NCBI GenBank assembly: GCA_041653675.1
Contig: JBAZEY010000006.1
Location: 837-64,836 of the forward strand
DNA length: 64,000 nt
Direction: 5' to 3'
Source: Patescibacteria group bacterium
GTDB taxonomy: Bacteria > Patescibacteriota > Patescibacteriia > XYB2-FULL-38-15
Positions 21,207 through 32,273 of the stretch are shown one piece after another. The notes under the pieces are model-generated. The model did not search any database. It was not told where the DNA came from and worked only from the letters and a program-made list of their open reading frames with translations. Each line of letters starts with the position of its first letter. The stretch's first letter is position 1. The position numbers and the translations under genes are program-made.

Positions 21207-21938
21207 CTATTTTATTAAATCTTCAGCGTCTTTCGCAAAGAGCCGCTGTTTGACTTCCATGTCTTCCTGAACGGTCCCGTCCATAATTTTTATAATGCGG
21301 CGGGCATGCTCAGCCGTATATTTTTCATGAGTAACTAAAATAATCGTTTTACCTTTTTCATTCAAATCTTGTAAAATTTCCATAACTAATTTTCCACTTT
21401 TAGAATCAAGATTTCCAGTCGGCTCATCAGCAAAAATTAATTCCGGCTCAGTCACAAGTGCCCGGGCGATGGCTACTCTCTGTTTTTCACCTCCGGATAA
21501 TTGATTGGAAAGATTATCCATGCGATGATATAGCCCGACCGCTTTAATCGCTTCTATGATAGCCTTTTTATGGTCTTTAATTCTTTTTTTCTCATCGTAG
21601 AGAAGCGGGAGGCGGACATTATCATAAACTGAAGTTTTGGGTAAAAGATTAAAAGACTGAAAAATAAATCCAATTTTTTCATTTCTAATTACGGCCAGTT
21701 CGTCATCAGTGAACTTGCTCCCGTCAAGGTCCTCAAAAAAATATTGCCCGCAGGTTTGCCGTTCCAGAAAACCTAAAATCTGCATCAAGGTTGATTTTCC
21801 TGAACCAGACGGACCCATAATCGCGACAAACTCCCCCTTGCCAATTTCTAAATCAACCTCATGCAAAACTTTGGTAATAACACCGTCGTTATTGTACTCC
21901 TTGCAAAGATGAATTGTTTTTATAAGTGGTTCTGCCAT
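21207..21938 (-). CDS. ABC transporter ATP-binding protein (MacB/LolD type)
   Basis: GPSGSGKS, LSGGEKQR and ADEPTGNLD motifs. Confidence 0.95.
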   Translation of the reverse strand: MAEPLIKTIHLCKEYNNDGVITKVLHEVDLEIGKGEFVAIMGPSGSGKSTLMQILGFLERQTCGQYFFEDLDGSKFTDDELAVIRNEKIGFIFQSFNLLPKTSVYDNVRLPLLYDEKKRIKDHKKAIIEAIKAVGLYHRMDNLSNQLSGGEKQRVAIARALVTEPELIFADEPTGNLDSKSGKLVMEILQDLNEKGKTIILVTHEKYTAEHARRIIKIMDGTVQEDMEVKQRLFAKDAEDLIK

Positions 21939-21941
21939 AGG

Positions 21942-23810
21942 TTACGGTTTTTTTGTAAGTATAATTACTTTATCTCCGACAGAAAGGCCGGAAATAACCT
22001 CAATCTCGCCCTCATCGCCTCGCAAACCAACCTCCACGTCTTTTTCCACTGGTTTTTCATCAATTAAAATTTTTACAAATTCTCTGCCGTCTTCATCTTC
22101 CTCAAGCGCCCTATAGGGCATAGTCAAAACATTTTCACGGCTTGCCGCAAGAATATCACAATTCGCCGTCATGCCAGACTTCGCTTCATAAGTTGATTCA
22201 TCCATTTCCACCTTAACTTTATAATACACAACATCTTGAATAACTGATTCTGCCGGATAAATAAGAATTACTTTACCGTTAAACTTCACATTATCGGGGT
22301 ACGCGTCAAGGGTTATGGAAACGGGATTTCCAAACTTAACTTTAGCAATATCGGATTCCGGGATATCCACTTCAACGTAAAATTTATTTTTTCCAAGCAT
22401 AGAGATAACTGCCTTAGTTAAACTCGTCTGCTCGCCCGCGCTATAATTCACAAAAGTTATTTTTCCGTCGGTCGGAGCCTTTAAAATATAATCATCGAGT
22501 TGGCTTTTGTAATATTGCAGCGATGCGCTCGCTTGGGCGACCTGGGCGCGATAGTAAGATACATCAACCGTGCGCGGCGCAGCGGTCTTATAATCAAGTT
22601 GAGCTTTAGTTAAATTGTAAGAACCCAGGGCGCTATCCACGCTGGCTTTGGAACTCGCGAGCTGAACATCTTTGCTCGCCATAGCCGTGGTGAGATCAGT
22701 GCGGGCCGCGAGCAAACTACTGCTTGCCGTGTTGACGGCGGCCTGGTAAGTATCAATCTGCGTCTGATAATTATTTTGCGCGTTCAAAAGCGCTTGCTGG
22801 GCAGTTTGCACCGCAGACAGGGCCGTAGAGGTTGAAGTTTGGTCTGTCTTAACGCTCGTTTTCAAAGTTTCAATGGTGGTTAATTCGTCGAAACTACCGG
22901 CCGCAGATGTGGAAATCGCCGCCAAGAGATTAGAGAGAGATGTTAAAATTTTATTTAAAGCCAAAACCGTTTGGTTCAAAGCGGAGTAAACATCATTTAC
23001 ATCATTAGTCGTTTTTGCAACAGATAAAGCAGCTTTAGCGGACGCGGACGCGCTAATAGCCGCGAGTCGATCGTTATCGGCTTGATAAACTTTTTGCTGG
23101 TCGGACGTAATACCGCTTCTTATAATGGATAAATTATAATTAATATTATTTAAAACTATGTCGCCCGAAAGCAAATTCGTTTCCATTGAAGTAAGGGTAG
23201 TACTCTTGGCACTCGTGACACTTTGGCTGTAATACACTTTCGCATTTTCCAAATTTTTCTGGCTGTCGGTAAGCGAAGTTTCCGCCGAAGTTATCGCCTC
23301 TTCATAACCATCGATATCCCTTTCCAGTTTAGCCGCGAGCGCGTCGTAATCACGTTTTGCGCTTTCATAAGCCGTCTTTGCATTATTAACCGTCTCTTCG
23401 GATATTTTTACGTCTTCAGAACTTGCTCCGGCCAAAATTTTATTTAAATTAGAAACTGCTGAAGACAAACTAGCCTGAGCCTGCGCCACTTGTGCTCGAG
23501 CGGATCTATCGTCAAGGCGGGCTAAAATTTGGCCAGTTTTTACCTCATCGTCTTCGCTCACGGAAATTTCAGTCAATGTTCCCGCCATCTTAAAACTCAA
23601 ATCAATTTTTTCAGAAGTTGTAACCGCGCCAGTAGCCGAAACCGTCTGGCTAATATTGCCGATTTTAACCTCCTCGGTAACATACTCGATTTTGTTAGCC
23701 TTAATCGCGGCATTAACAAAATATGCGCCGCCGAGAACGACTATGACTAGAATTATCCAGAAAATCTTTTTTTTGATTAGAGACTGTAAAAAACTTAATA
23801 CCCCACCCAT
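21942..23810 (-). CDS. MacA/HlyD-type periplasmic adaptor with extended coiled coil
   Basis: N-terminal TM helix, lipoyl halves (GQILARLD / LKAPTDG) and a long Ala/Ser/Thr-rich helical insert. Confidence 0.88.
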   Translation of the reverse strand: MGGVLSFLQSLIKKKIFWIILVIVVLGGAYFVNAAIKANKIEYVTEEVKIGNISQTVSATGAVTTSEKIDLSFKMAGTLTEISVSEDDEVKTGQILARLDDRSARAQVAQAQASLSSAVSNLNKILAGASSEDVKISEETVNNAKTAYESAKRDYDALAAKLERDIDGYEEAITSAETSLTDSQKNLENAKVYYSQSVTSAKSTTLTSMETNLLSGDIVLNNINYNLSIIRSGITSDQQKVYQADNDRLAAISASASAKAALSVAKTTNDVNDVYSALNQTVLALNKILTSLSNLLAAISTSAAGSFDELTTIETLKTSVKTDQTSTSTALSAVQTAQQALLNAQNNYQTQIDTYQAAVNTASSSLLAARTDLTTAMASKDVQLASSKASVDSALGSYNLTKAQLDYKTAAPRTVDVSYYRAQVAQASASLQYYKSQLDDYILKAPTDGKITFVNYSAGEQTSLTKAVISMLGKNKFYVEVDIPESDIAKVKFGNPVSITLDAYPDNVKFNGKVILIYPAESVIQDVVYYKVKVEMDESTYEAKSGMTANCDILAASRENVLTMPYRALEEDEDGREFVKILIDEKPVEKDVEVGLRGDEGEIEVISGLSVGDKVIILTKKP

Positions 23811-23850
23811 ATGATTTATAAATAGTTAATGATTATATTATTATATCATT

Positions 23851-24090
23851 TTATGGCTTTTTGTACTTATTTATTTTTTTTAAAACGCCTGTCATCTCTT
23901 TAATGAGAGAATTAAATTTTTCCGGCTTGATCATGGCAATGATTTCGTCATCATGGGCGAAAATAAAAAACTTTTCTCCCGAATGGATCTTCATAACCGC
24001 CCTGACCTCTTTCGGGATAACTATCTGTCCTCGCTCACCGATTGTAGTTACTCCGTAAAATTTAAAATCGTCTGGTGAAAAATGCGACAT
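23851..24090 (-). CDS. AbrB/MazE-family DNA-binding protein
   Basis: IGERGQIVIPKEVR motif. Confidence 0.85.
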   Translation of the reverse strand: MSHFSPDDFKFYGVTTIGERGQIVIPKEVRAVMKIHSGEKFFIFAHDDEIIAMIKPEKFNSLIKEMTGVLKKINKYKKP

Positions 24091-24195
24091 ATAATTTTGG
24101 TTAAATTTGAAAAGTATGATTTATCATATTTTTCATAATATCAAAAAAACCGTACCTTGTCAATACGGTTTCTGTGGATAATTTTTTCTAGAAAA

Positions 24196-24426
24196 CTACT
24201 TTTTTTCAACTACTAATGTGCATTTCGTCAGTATGCCGGCAATAGCTCCAACCGCGGCTAAAACTGGAAGAAGTACCGCGCCAACCACGACAAAAGTTAG
24301 GGGGATTTCCATTATACTTTCCTCTTTTTCGTTTTTAATAATAATTTTCCGAGCATTCCCCTCTTTAATTACCTCTTTTACTTTTTTCAAAATTTCTTCG
24401 CCGGAAACTTTAAATTCTTCAGTCAT
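24196..24426 (-). CDS. DUF4342 family protein
   Basis: EEFKVSGE...KEGNARKIII...EIPL pattern. Confidence 0.8.
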   Translation of the reverse strand: MTEEFKVSGEEILKKVKEVIKEGNARKIIIKNEKEESIMEIPLTFVVVGAVLLPVLAAVGAIAGILTKCTLVVEKK

Positions 24427-24440
24427 ATAAAATAGTTAAA

Positions 24441-24719
24441 TTATTTATTTTTTTTAATCTTTATGTCAAATTTAATGGTGATTATTGTCCCCACAAAAGC
24501 TCCGAACGCCGCCGGAATCAAATACCACATATTGTTAACATAAGCTAAAACAACAAGACCGCCTATGACAACAATCGAGGCGGAAAAAGCCGCGGCGGCA
24601 ACAGCCTTGCCTTCGCTTGTCCGGCGGATATAAAAAACCCATAAAATGTCGGAAGCGGCTGTCGCAAGAAAAATAAGAACAGCTTCAACTGCGTTAATGT
24701 CCAATATAAGGTCAAACAT
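24441..24719 (-). CDS. small membrane protein
   Basis: 3 hydrophobic segments. Confidence 0.7.
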   Translation of the reverse strand: MFDLILDINAVEAVLIFLATAASDILWVFYIRRTSEGKAVAAAAFSASIVVIGGLVVLAYVNNMWYLIPAAFGAFVGTIITIKFDIKIKKNK

Positions 24720-24754
24720 TTTTTATTATTTAAAGTTTATCTTTAATCAAATCC

Positions 24755-25219
24755 TTAGTGAATATTTTCCAAATTGTTCTGGACTCTCTCCATTAAAAAT
24801 CTTGAAAAAGAAAAATAATCACTTATTTTATGGCTGGCCAAAAAATCAGACCAAGTGCTCTCCAGCATGATTTTATCTTGTTTATCGGTAATTTCCGCAA
24901 TCTTCGCGCTGATCGCTTCTGCTTCACTCGCGCTTATTGCTGCTATCTTCGAATCTCCGGCAACCAAAAAAGTTTCAGCCGAATTCTTGAGAATATCCAC
25001 GTTTACTTTTGCTTTATTCAAACCCTCGTCAACTAAACTGCGAAGTTGATCCAATTGTTCCCGATCTTTCCGTGCGTCGTCTTGCGCCCGCGCCAAATCA
25101 GCCCGCACCACAGAAATATTTTTTTCGTTTTCTCTGCCCTGCCAATAAAAATAACCTGCGGCGAAAATTGCTAAAGCCGCGACAATAATTGCGACTATCA
25201 AATAAATTTTTTTATTCAT
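24755..25219 (-). CDS. membrane-anchored coiled-coil hypothetical protein
   Basis: N-terminal TM helix followed by a helical domain. Confidence 0.75.
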   Translation of the reverse strand: MNKKIYLIVAIIVAALAIFAAGYFYWQGRENEKNISVVRADLARAQDDARKDREQLDQLRSLVDEGLNKAKVNVDILKNSAETFLVAGDSKIAAISASEAEAISAKIAEITDKQDKIMLESTWSDFLASHKISDYFSFSRFLMERVQNNLENIH

Positions 25220-25308
25220 AAAAACAAGTTAAATTTTAACTTTATTATATCTTATCATAAATTAGCATAAATAAAAATAACGCCAAAATGGCGCGTAATT
25301 TAAACAAA

Positions 25309-25385
25309 CGGAGAGGGCGAGATTCGGGCTCCTCGGTGCAAAGTCGGCCGCAACGGGCTAGCGGTGTGAGTTCTCATCAAAACCC
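25309..25385 (-). repeat. degenerate duplicate of the tRNA-Ser 3' end fused to the ~60-bp element shared with the tRNA-Asn locus
   Basis: CGGAGAGGGCGAGATTCG (cf. CGGAGAGGGAGGGATTCG at 25427) followed by GGCTCCTCGGTGC...GCCGCAACG...GTGTGAGTTCT. Confidence 0.75.
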
Positions 25386-25426
25386 TCAATTTTTCAAATC
25401 TGCCACAAAAGGCAAATTTGAGAAAA

Positions 25427-25511
25427 CGGAGAGGGAGGGATTCGAACCCTCGATACCTTGCGGTATGCACGCTTTCCAAGCGTGTGCACTAGGCCACTAT
25501 GCGACCTCTCC
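25427..25511 (-). tRNA. tRNA-Ser (GGA), CCA not encoded
   Basis: GGAGAGG...CACGC TTGGAAA GCGTG, long variable arm ATACC GCAA GGTAT, GAGGGTTCGAATCCCTC. Confidence 0.95.
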
Positions 25512-25597
25512 ATTTTTTAAATTCTATACTAAACTGATCTAAAAATCAAACCCCGCCGGTAATGCGGCGGGATTTGTATTACTACTACGAAAGTCTA

Positions 25598-26344
25598 TTA
25601 TAATTTGCTGTCGATAATCTGTTTAAACTGATCGTAGGGAATTGCGCCACTCACCAATTCACCGTTTACGAAAGTCGCTGGTGTGCCTTCCACTCCAGCA
25701 GCGACCCCCGCCTCTTCTTCAGCGGCAATTTCGCTCGCGTATTTTCCGGAGTCAAGACATTCGTTAAATTTTTTCGTATTCAACCCAAGATTTTTTGCTT
25801 CTTCTTTCCATTTATCTACACCCATTGTCCCGGCCTCGTTAGCCGCAAAAATTTTGTCATACATTTCCCAAAACTTCCCTTGCTCAGCGGCGCACTCTGA
25901 AGCTTCTGCTGCTTTTTCCGCGTTTGCGTGGAAAGAAAGCGGATAATGTCGGAAAACTACCCGGACATCGTTTCCGTAATCATTTATAATTTTATCTATT
26001 GTAACTTTATGATTCAAGCAATAAGGGCACTCAAAATCAGAATATTCTATTAATGTCACTTTGGCATTTGCGGAACCAATGACATGGTCGTCAGAAGTTA
26101 CGGCCGGTACCGGAGTAAATGATGTTTCAGCTGGCTCATTCACAACCGCTTGATTAACATTTGCCGCGGCGTTTACGTTGCCGCTCTCTTTATTAGTCAA
26201 ACTTACTCCTTGGCCGGAAAAAGCCAAGATAAAAAAACCTACTAAAGCTAAAGTGCTTACCCCCGAAATTCCGCACATAAGCCCAAGAAAAAAAGAAGTG
26301 CGCCGGGTTCCCTTAACTAAGTCTGTATTAATTTGCTCATTCAT
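25598..26344 (-). CDS. DsbA family thiol-disulfide oxidoreductase
   Basis: EYSDFECPYC, FRHYPL and GTP motifs; N-terminal TM helix. Confidence 0.92.
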   Translation of the reverse strand: MNEQINTDLVKGTRRTSFFLGLMCGISGVSTLALVGFFILAFSGQGVSLTNKESGNVNAAANVNQAVVNEPAETSFTPVPAVTSDDHVIGSANAKVTLIEYSDFECPYCLNHKVTIDKIINDYGNDVRVVFRHYPLSFHANAEKAAEASECAAEQGKFWEMYDKIFAANEAGTMGVDKWKEEAKNLGLNTKKFNECLDSGKYASEIAAEEEAGVAAGVEGTPATFVNGELVSGAIPYDQFKQIIDSKL

Positions 26345-26409
26345 AAATCTTAAATAAGTTAATGATTTAATATTTAGAAACTTTACTATAAATAATTTGT
26401 GATGTCAAG

Positions 26410-27174
26410 TTATGTTTTTTCGATAATTTTGGTCTTTAATTTTAAAAAAAGATAAATTCCCGCCGCCAATAAACCAACCGATAAATATTGTGCCAGCGTT
26501 AATCCGAAATATCTTGGATCCGCGCCAACTAAATCCTCTGCCCGCAAAAAATCCAGCAGAAATCGCGCCACGCCATATGAGGCGGCAAAAGTCGCGACGT
26601 AAAATCCGGAAAACCATTTTCGACGATGCAAAAATAAAAATACTAAAAAAATAACGAAGCCAAGAAGCGCATCATACAATCCCAAGTCGTGGCGAACTCC
26701 GCCGGGATAATTTACTCCCAAAAAAAAGTCTGTCTTCGCTCCGGGATGATCGTGGATAAAAAAACATCCGAGCCGACCGACAAAAAGTCCGAGTGGCAAA
26801 CCAAAAACTATCGCGTCGGCGTATTGCCAAAAATCAAGTTTATATTTTTTTAAATAAATAACGCTAGCCAAAATCGCGCCTAAAAATCCTCCGTAAATAG
26901 ACATTCCTCCCTGCCATAATTTTAAAATATCAAGTGGCGCGCCCAAATAAAAATTTAGATATTCTGCGATATAAAGCAAACGGCCGCCAATAAGCGCTGA
27001 TAAAATTATCCAAAAAGCCAAATCGTAAACGCGGCTAGTTTCCAGTTTGTTTTTTCTCAATTCAAAATAAGCGACAACCATTCCGACAATAAAGCTAAGA
27101 GAAACAAAAATTCCCCAAACATTCAATTTTAGGAAACCTGCATTTATTGATTGATATTCAAACCAGGGAATCAT
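26410..27174 (-). CDS. lgt: prolipoprotein diacylglyceryl transferase
   Basis: WQGGMSIYGG, GRLGCF and RFLLDFLR motifs. Confidence 0.9.
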   Translation of the reverse strand: MIPWFEYQSINAGFLKLNVWGIFVSLSFIVGMVVAYFELRKNKLETSRVYDLAFWIILSALIGGRLLYIAEYLNFYLGAPLDILKLWQGGMSIYGGFLGAILASVIYLKKYKLDFWQYADAIVFGLPLGLFVGRLGCFFIHDHPGAKTDFFLGVNYPGGVRHDLGLYDALLGFVIFLVFLFLHRRKWFSGFYVATFAASYGVARFLLDFLRAEDLVGADPRYFGLTLAQYLSVGLLAAGIYLFLKLKTKIIEKT

Positions 27175-27182
27175 TTTTTAAT

Positions 27183-27860
27183 TTAAATTTTTCCCAGAAG
27201 CATCAGAACGCCAAGTACGAGCGATCCCAATCCAAGCACTAATCTCAGCCACTTTCTATTTTTTGTCCTCCATTCTTCCATCTGTTTCGCGGAAATCCCA
27301 AAATAAACTAAACCCAAAATAATAAAAAGCGGCAAGACAAAAATTAAATTGTAAAGCAGCAAATATGGCACGGCGGAAATTTGTGTTTCATGGCTCGCGA
27401 GTAATCCCAAAATTGCGATGTATACTCCCCCGGTGCAAGGGAGTTCAAAAGCGGAAACTAAAAAACCAAGCACGATAGCCGCGGGAATTGAGGCCTTGCG
27501 CACATATTTTTCAATCAATGGTTTTTTTGATTCGGGAATCGCCAGCGTAAAACCCTTGCCATACCAAAAAAAATCTTTAACATTCACGAGACCGACGAAA
27601 ATTAAAATTACGGCGGCAATTTTATAAATAATCCCCGCGACGCCAAACGTTGTCAGGATTTTTAATAATCCTAATCCCGCTAAAAAATAAACCACAAAAA
27701 CCGTGGCGATATAAACTAAACCAACCCGTAAAATTAATTTAGGCGAACCAATGGCCAAAAGATATCCGACTAAAAAAATCAGTACGGCAAAAGCGCAGGG
27801 ATTAATTGAATCAATCGCCGCTCCCCCGACCAATGCCGGAATGGTTAATGAATCAAACAT
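27183..27860 (-). CDS. CcdA/DsbD-like transmembrane electron transporter
   Basis: DSINPCA and ELPCTG Cys pair within 6 TM segments. Confidence 0.85.
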   Translation of the reverse strand: MFDSLTIPALVGGAAIDSINPCAFAVLIFLVGYLLAIGSPKLILRVGLVYIATVFVVYFLAGLGLLKILTTFGVAGIIYKIAAVILIFVGLVNVKDFFWYGKGFTLAIPESKKPLIEKYVRKASIPAAIVLGFLVSAFELPCTGGVYIAILGLLASHETQISAVPYLLLYNLIFVLPLFIILGLVYFGISAKQMEEWRTKNRKWLRLVLGLGSLVLGVLMLLGKI

Positions 27861-27861
27861 T

Positions 27862-28380
27862 TTATCTCCTTAAAAAATAAAAAATAATTAAACCAATGCC
27901 GATCGAGACAATGACTCCAATAATTACCCAGCCAACTATTTCATTTTGTCCCGCCCCTGAAGTTTCTGTCTGGTTGGTATTATTATTTATATCAGAAGTT
28001 TCCAATTTATAAAGCGGCGAAATACAAGTTTCCGCGGAACATTTTTCCACGGCATTTTTTAATTTTTCATAATTTTCCCCGACGATTGCTTCATCACCAA
28101 TAAAAATTGTTGGGACGCCGCTTGATCCGACTCCGTAGGCTTTAGCCATCTTTCCAAATAAATCCTGGTTTTCCTTGTTAAAATAAACTTCAAAATCGTG
28201 AACCGTAAGATTCGGATAATCAACTTTCATTCCTTCGAGAAAACTCTTCATTTTGGCGCAATGTTGACAGCCCTGTCCTTCAAAAAAATACAGCTCCACG
28301 GGATTTCCTGCCGCCAAACCAACTAGCGGAAAGAATAAAGCTAAAAGAAAAATAATTGAAATAATTTTTTTCATATTCAT
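27862..28380 (-). CDS. exported thioredoxin/glutaredoxin-like protein
   Basis: signal peptide, CQHC, GVP and C-terminal TM helix. Confidence 0.85.
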   Translation of the reverse strand: MNMKKIISIIFLLALFFPLVGLAAGNPVELYFFEGQGCQHCAKMKSFLEGMKVDYPNLTVHDFEVYFNKENQDLFGKMAKAYGVGSSGVPTIFIGDEAIVGENYEKLKNAVEKCSAETCISPLYKLETSDINNNTNQTETSGAGQNEIVGWVIIGVIVSIGIGLIIFYFLRR

Positions 28381-28425
28381 TAATTTTACAACTAAAGGTC
28401 TCTCCGGTCAAACTGTTATCCCTCT

Positions 28426-30657
28426 TTATAATTTCACTCTTTTTAACCTCAAAGAATTTCCCACGACGCTTATACTCGATAACCCCATCGCCGCCGCAGC
28501 CAAAATCGGATTCAATAAAACTCCAAAAAACGGATAAAGGACACCCGCGGCGACTGGAATCAAAATTGTATTATAAGCATAAGCCCAAAATAAGTTTTGT
28601 TTTATAATTTTCATCGTTGCCCGGGAAAGTTCTAACGCCGCGACAACACCCGAAAGATCGCCCTTTATCAAAGTAATGTCTCCCGCCTCCATAGCGATAT
28701 CTGTGCCCGTTCCCATAGCAATGCCAATATCCGCGGCAGCCAAAGCTGGAGCATCATTAATTCCGTCGCCAACCATTGCTACAATTTTTCCCTCTGCCTG
28801 TAATTTTTGGACTTCTTCCGCTTTTCTTTCCGGTAAAACTTTAGCAATAACGCGTTCGATTCCAACTTCACGCGCGATCGCCTCAGCGGTTTTTTGATTA
28901 TCGCCAGTCATCATAATTACTTCCAATCCCATTTTTTTCAATTTTTCTACGGCGGCGCGCGAACTTTCTTTTGGTGTATCAGCCACGGCGATTAAACCAA
29001 TCTCTTTCCCATCTACTGCTACAATCATTACCGTTTTCCCCTGCCCCTCTAACTCGGCCATTTTTTCTTCCCCGCCCGACATAACAACTTCCTGCCCAAC
29101 CATCAATTGTTTTGTCCCAACTAAAACTTTTTTTCCGGAAATTTTTGCCCGAACGCCCGCGCCAGCGACGGCTTCAAAACTATCCGCTTCAGACAAAGCG
29201 ATATTTTTATTTTTTGCAGCCTCGACAATCGCCTGGCCGAGAGGATGCTCGGAATTTTTTTCCGCGCTTGCCGCCAAAAAGATTATTTCATTCTCCGGCA
29301 AAGAAGTGAAAGAAACAACGTCCGTTAAAGACGGCTTACCCGTCGTGATTGTTCCTGTTTTATCCATAACAACCGCGTTTGCCTTATGGGCGATCTCCAA
29401 ACTTTCCGCATCTTTAATTAAAATTCCGTTTGCCGCGCCAAGTCCTGTCCCAACCATAATCGCCGTCGGCGTCGCAAGTCCCAGGGCGCAAGGACAAGCA
29501 ATAATTAAAACTGCGACAAAGTTTAAAAGCGCAAAAGTAAACGCCGGAGCCGGACCAAAAATTAACCAAATAATAAAAGTTATCGCGGCAATCCCCAAGA
29601 CCGACGGAACAAAAATCGCTGTAACCTTGTCGGCTAATTTTTGAATTGGCGCTTTAGATCCTTGGGCGCGCAAAACTAACTCAATAATTTGCGCGAGTAT
29701 CGTCTCTTTTCCAACTTTAGTCGCTCTGAATTTAAACGCTCCGAATTTATTTATTGTCGCGCCGATAACCGGCTCGCCGACTTCTTTTGTCACCGGCATT
29801 GATTCACCGGTCACCATTGATTCGTCTATTGAGGTTTGTCCTTCAATAATAATTCCGTCAACTGGAATTTTTTCTCCCGGACGGACGACAACAATATCAC
29901 CGACTGCTACTTCTTCAACCGGAATATCTTTTTCTTCGCCGTCGCGCACGACGCGCGCGGTTTTTGCCCGCAGACCCATCAATTTTTTAATAGCCTCCGA
30001 AGTTCCCGCCCTGGCCCGAGCTTCAAGAAGCCGGCCGAGTAAAATTAAAGTGATGATAATCGCGGCCGTGTCAAAGTAAAGATTTACTTCCAAACCCGCG
30101 CCGCGAAAAACTTCCGGAAAAAAAGTCGCGACAAGGCTGTATCCATAAGCCGCTGAGGTGCCAACCGCGATCAGCGTATCCATATTCGCCATTTTATTTT
30201 TAAGCGCAATTAAAAATCCACGATAGAATTGCCAGCCGACCCAAAATTGAACTGGCGTAGCTAGAAAAAATAAAACTACGCGATTCATTAAAAATTCCGG
30301 CGTCCAAAAAAACCACTCAGGAAAACTTCCCCAAAAAACAAGGGTGCTTAAAACCGCGCCAACAAAAACTTTTCTTTTTAAATTTTTTAATTCTTCTTCG
30401 CGCATCATTTTTTCATGATCATGTCCGGGCGCGTGCATCGCATCAGTATCCATAAGGCTCGCCTTATATCCTAATTTTTCTATTGCTTCGATAATTTCTT
30501 TCTCGCTAACTTTTATCTCATTAAAATCAACCGCCGCTTTCGCCGCCGGCAAATTAACATTCACTTTTTCGATACCATCAATCTTTTTCAAAAAAATCTC
30601 AATATTGGCGGCGCAACTCGCGCAATCCATTCCTAAAACTTGAAAAATTTTCTGCAT
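28426..30657 (-). CDS. copA: copper-translocating P1B-type ATPase
   Basis: [27 protein letters not shown] and YN motifs. Confidence 0.95.
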   Translation of the reverse strand: MQKIFQVLGMDCASCAANIEIFLKKIDGIEKVNVNLPAAKAAVDFNEIKVSEKEIIEAIEKLGYKASLMDTDAMHAPGHDHEKMMREEELKNLKRKVFVGAVLSTLVFWGSFPEWFFWTPEFLMNRVVLFFLATPVQFWVGWQFYRGFLIALKNKMANMDTLIAVGTSAAYGYSLVATFFPEVFRGAGLEVNLYFDTAAIIITLILLGRLLEARARAGTSEAIKKLMGLRAKTARVVRDGEEKDIPVEEVAVGDIVVVRPGEKIPVDGIIIEGQTSIDESMVTGESMPVTKEVGEPVIGATINKFGAFKFRATKVGKETILAQIIELVLRAQGSKAPIQKLADKVTAIFVPSVLGIAAITFIIWLIFGPAPAFTFALLNFVAVLIIACPCALGLATPTAIMVGTGLGAANGILIKDAESLEIAHKANAVVMDKTGTITTGKPSLTDVVSFTSLPENEIIFLAASAEKNSEHPLGQAIVEAAKNKNIALSEADSFEAVAGAGVRAKISGKKVLVGTKQLMVGQEVVMSGGEEKMAELEGQGKTVMIVAVDGKEIGLIAVADTPKESSRAAVEKLKKMGLEVIMMTGDNQKTAEAIAREVGIERVIAKVLPERKAEEVQKLQAEGKIVAMVGDGINDAPALAAADIGIAMGTGTDIAMEAGDITLIKGDLSGVVAALELSRATMKIIKQNLFWAYAYNTILIPVAAGVLYPFFGVLLNPILAAAAMGLSSISVVGNSLRLKRVKL

Positions 30658-30689
30658 AAAATATAACGTTAGTTTATTTTTAAAAAATT

Positions 30690-31823
30690 TTAATTAACAA
30701 TAAATTTTCCCCAAACCATCTTCATTCCGCAGGAAAAGGGAATCTCTCCTGTTTCGGTCGGCGTAAATTCAATGATATTTTCTCCATATTTCAAATCTTT
30801 TCTGATCCCGAATTTTTCCAGTAAAATCGCGTCGGTACAGCCGCTCATCTGTTTCACGTTTATAATCCATCTGACCGGCACATCCTTTTTTACATACAAA
30901 ACATTTGGCACATAACCGCGGTAAGTCAAATCCATTTTTATAATTTGGTATTCGCCTTCAGCCGGCGGCTCACCGCTCGCAGGATTTTCCACCACCTGCC
31001 CGTTCGGCAATAAATTTCTAAATCCCCAGCCGAAATTGGTAAGTCCGCGATTTAACATAAATAAACCCAGAATAATAACGACCACGCCGGAAATCTTCAT
31101 CATTTTTTTCACTCGTTCGCTGGAAATTGAAGTAATAAAATATCCAAAACCAAGCATCAAAAAAACCGTACCCGCACCAAAGAAAAACAAGGAAAGCGCG
31201 CCAGAGAGGGCGCTTCCGGTACCCAAGGCGTAAAACTGAACGGCTTGCAGAGGACCGCACGGCATAAATCCATTCAAAAATCCAATGATAAGCGGCCCTT
31301 TTGATTTCTTCTCGTATTTTTGGGAAAACAAATATTTGGCCACGAACATCGGCATCTTTGATTTTATTTTTTCAATGAAGTTAATGTTTTTAACAAGCGA
31401 CGCGCCCATGGCAAGCATTACGGCCGCGGCGAACAAAGTCAGGACACCGGAAAAAATGGGATTAACCCCAAAAAATGATCCGATGCCGCCCAAAACCGCC
31501 CCAACCAAAGTATATGAAATAATTCTTCCAAAATTATAATAGAGATGAGGAAGAATTTTTTTCTGATTCCCTTCTTGAAGACAGTTGCTGGCGGTGTAGG
31601 TTACTACAAACCCTCCGCACATTCCCACGCAATGAAAACTGGCAAGAATCCCGATTACAAATAATAACCCATATCCCAAATTTTTGTCCTGAAGCCGGGA
31701 AAAAATTTGAAGAACGCCGTTTTTTTGCAAAATAAAATAAACTCCCAAAAGCACTACTGCCCCTAAACCGATCAAAATATATTTTGTTGCCCTGACCTCA
31801 AAATTATCTTTTTTGTCTGACAT
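30690..31823 (-). CDS. DsbD_2/TauE-like membrane protein with C-terminal cupredoxin domain
   Basis: HCVGMCG, PCGP and FSCGMKM motifs. Confidence 0.85.
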   Translation of the reverse strand: MSDKKDNFEVRATKYILIGLGAVVLLGVYFILQKNGVLQIFSRLQDKNLGYGLLFVIGILASFHCVGMCGGFVVTYTASNCLQEGNQKKILPHLYYNFGRIISYTLVGAVLGGIGSFFGVNPIFSGVLTLFAAAVMLAMGASLVKNINFIEKIKSKMPMFVAKYLFSQKYEKKSKGPLIIGFLNGFMPCGPLQAVQFYALGTGSALSGALSLFFFGAGTVFLMLGFGYFITSISSERVKKMMKISGVVVIILGLFMLNRGLTNFGWGFRNLLPNGQVVENPASGEPPAEGEYQIIKMDLTYRGYVPNVLYVKKDVPVRWIINVKQMSGCTDAILLEKFGIRKDLKYGENIIEFTPTETGEIPFSCGMKMVWGKFIVN

Positions 31824-31825
31824 TT

Positions 31826-32104
31826 TTAAATTTTGTTACTTGTTTTATAAATCCCCATCAATTCCTGCACCATGCTCCGCTGTTTATTCTTGCTTCTCCC
31901 GAGGGCGGCGCTAACCACGCAAGTGTCGAAGTGGCTGCCCAAAATTAACTCGTTAACTTTATGTAACGCGTTAATCACCGCTTTATTTTGTTTAATCACG
32001 TCAATACAATAAACGTCATTCTCAACCATCTTTTTAATTCCGTCCAAATGGCCTTTTAAATAACTCATTCTTTTTAAACATTCCTTTTTGACCGCGGGTT
32101 TCAT
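31826..32104 (-). CDS. csoR: CsoR-family metal-sensing repressor
   Basis: GHLDGIKKM..YC..Q...HFDTC. Confidence 0.88.
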   Translation of the reverse strand: MKPAVKKECLKRMSYLKGHLDGIKKMVENDVYCIDVIKQNKAVINALHKVNELILGSHFDTCVVSAALGRSKNKQRSMVQELMGIYKTSNKI

Positions 32105-32141
32105 AACTTAAATAATTTTAAAAAATTAAATATTTATTTCC

Positions 32142-32166
32142 TACCCTCCCCCAGGGGGTATGGGTA
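32142..32166. promoter_or_regulatory. putative CsoR operator
   Basis: TACCCTCCCCCAGGGGGTATGGGTA, a C-tract/G-tract pseudo-palindrome upstream of csoR. Confidence 0.7.
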
Positions 32167-32273
32167 AAAGATAACATAACTAAAAAAATCTGTCAAAAAG
32201 TTATCCACATCCCCAAAAACAAAAGCAACCCGCCAAATTGACGGATCGCTTCTAAAACTTTTCTTTTGATAAA

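Noticed and set aside
24113-24131. AGTATGAT-TT-ATCATATT palindrome upstream of the AbrB-like gene as an operator
   Set aside because: Plausible, but short and AT-rich in AT-rich DNA, so it cannot be told apart from chance
25288-25542. 84-aa plus-strand ORF
   Set aside because: Antisense to tRNA-Ser
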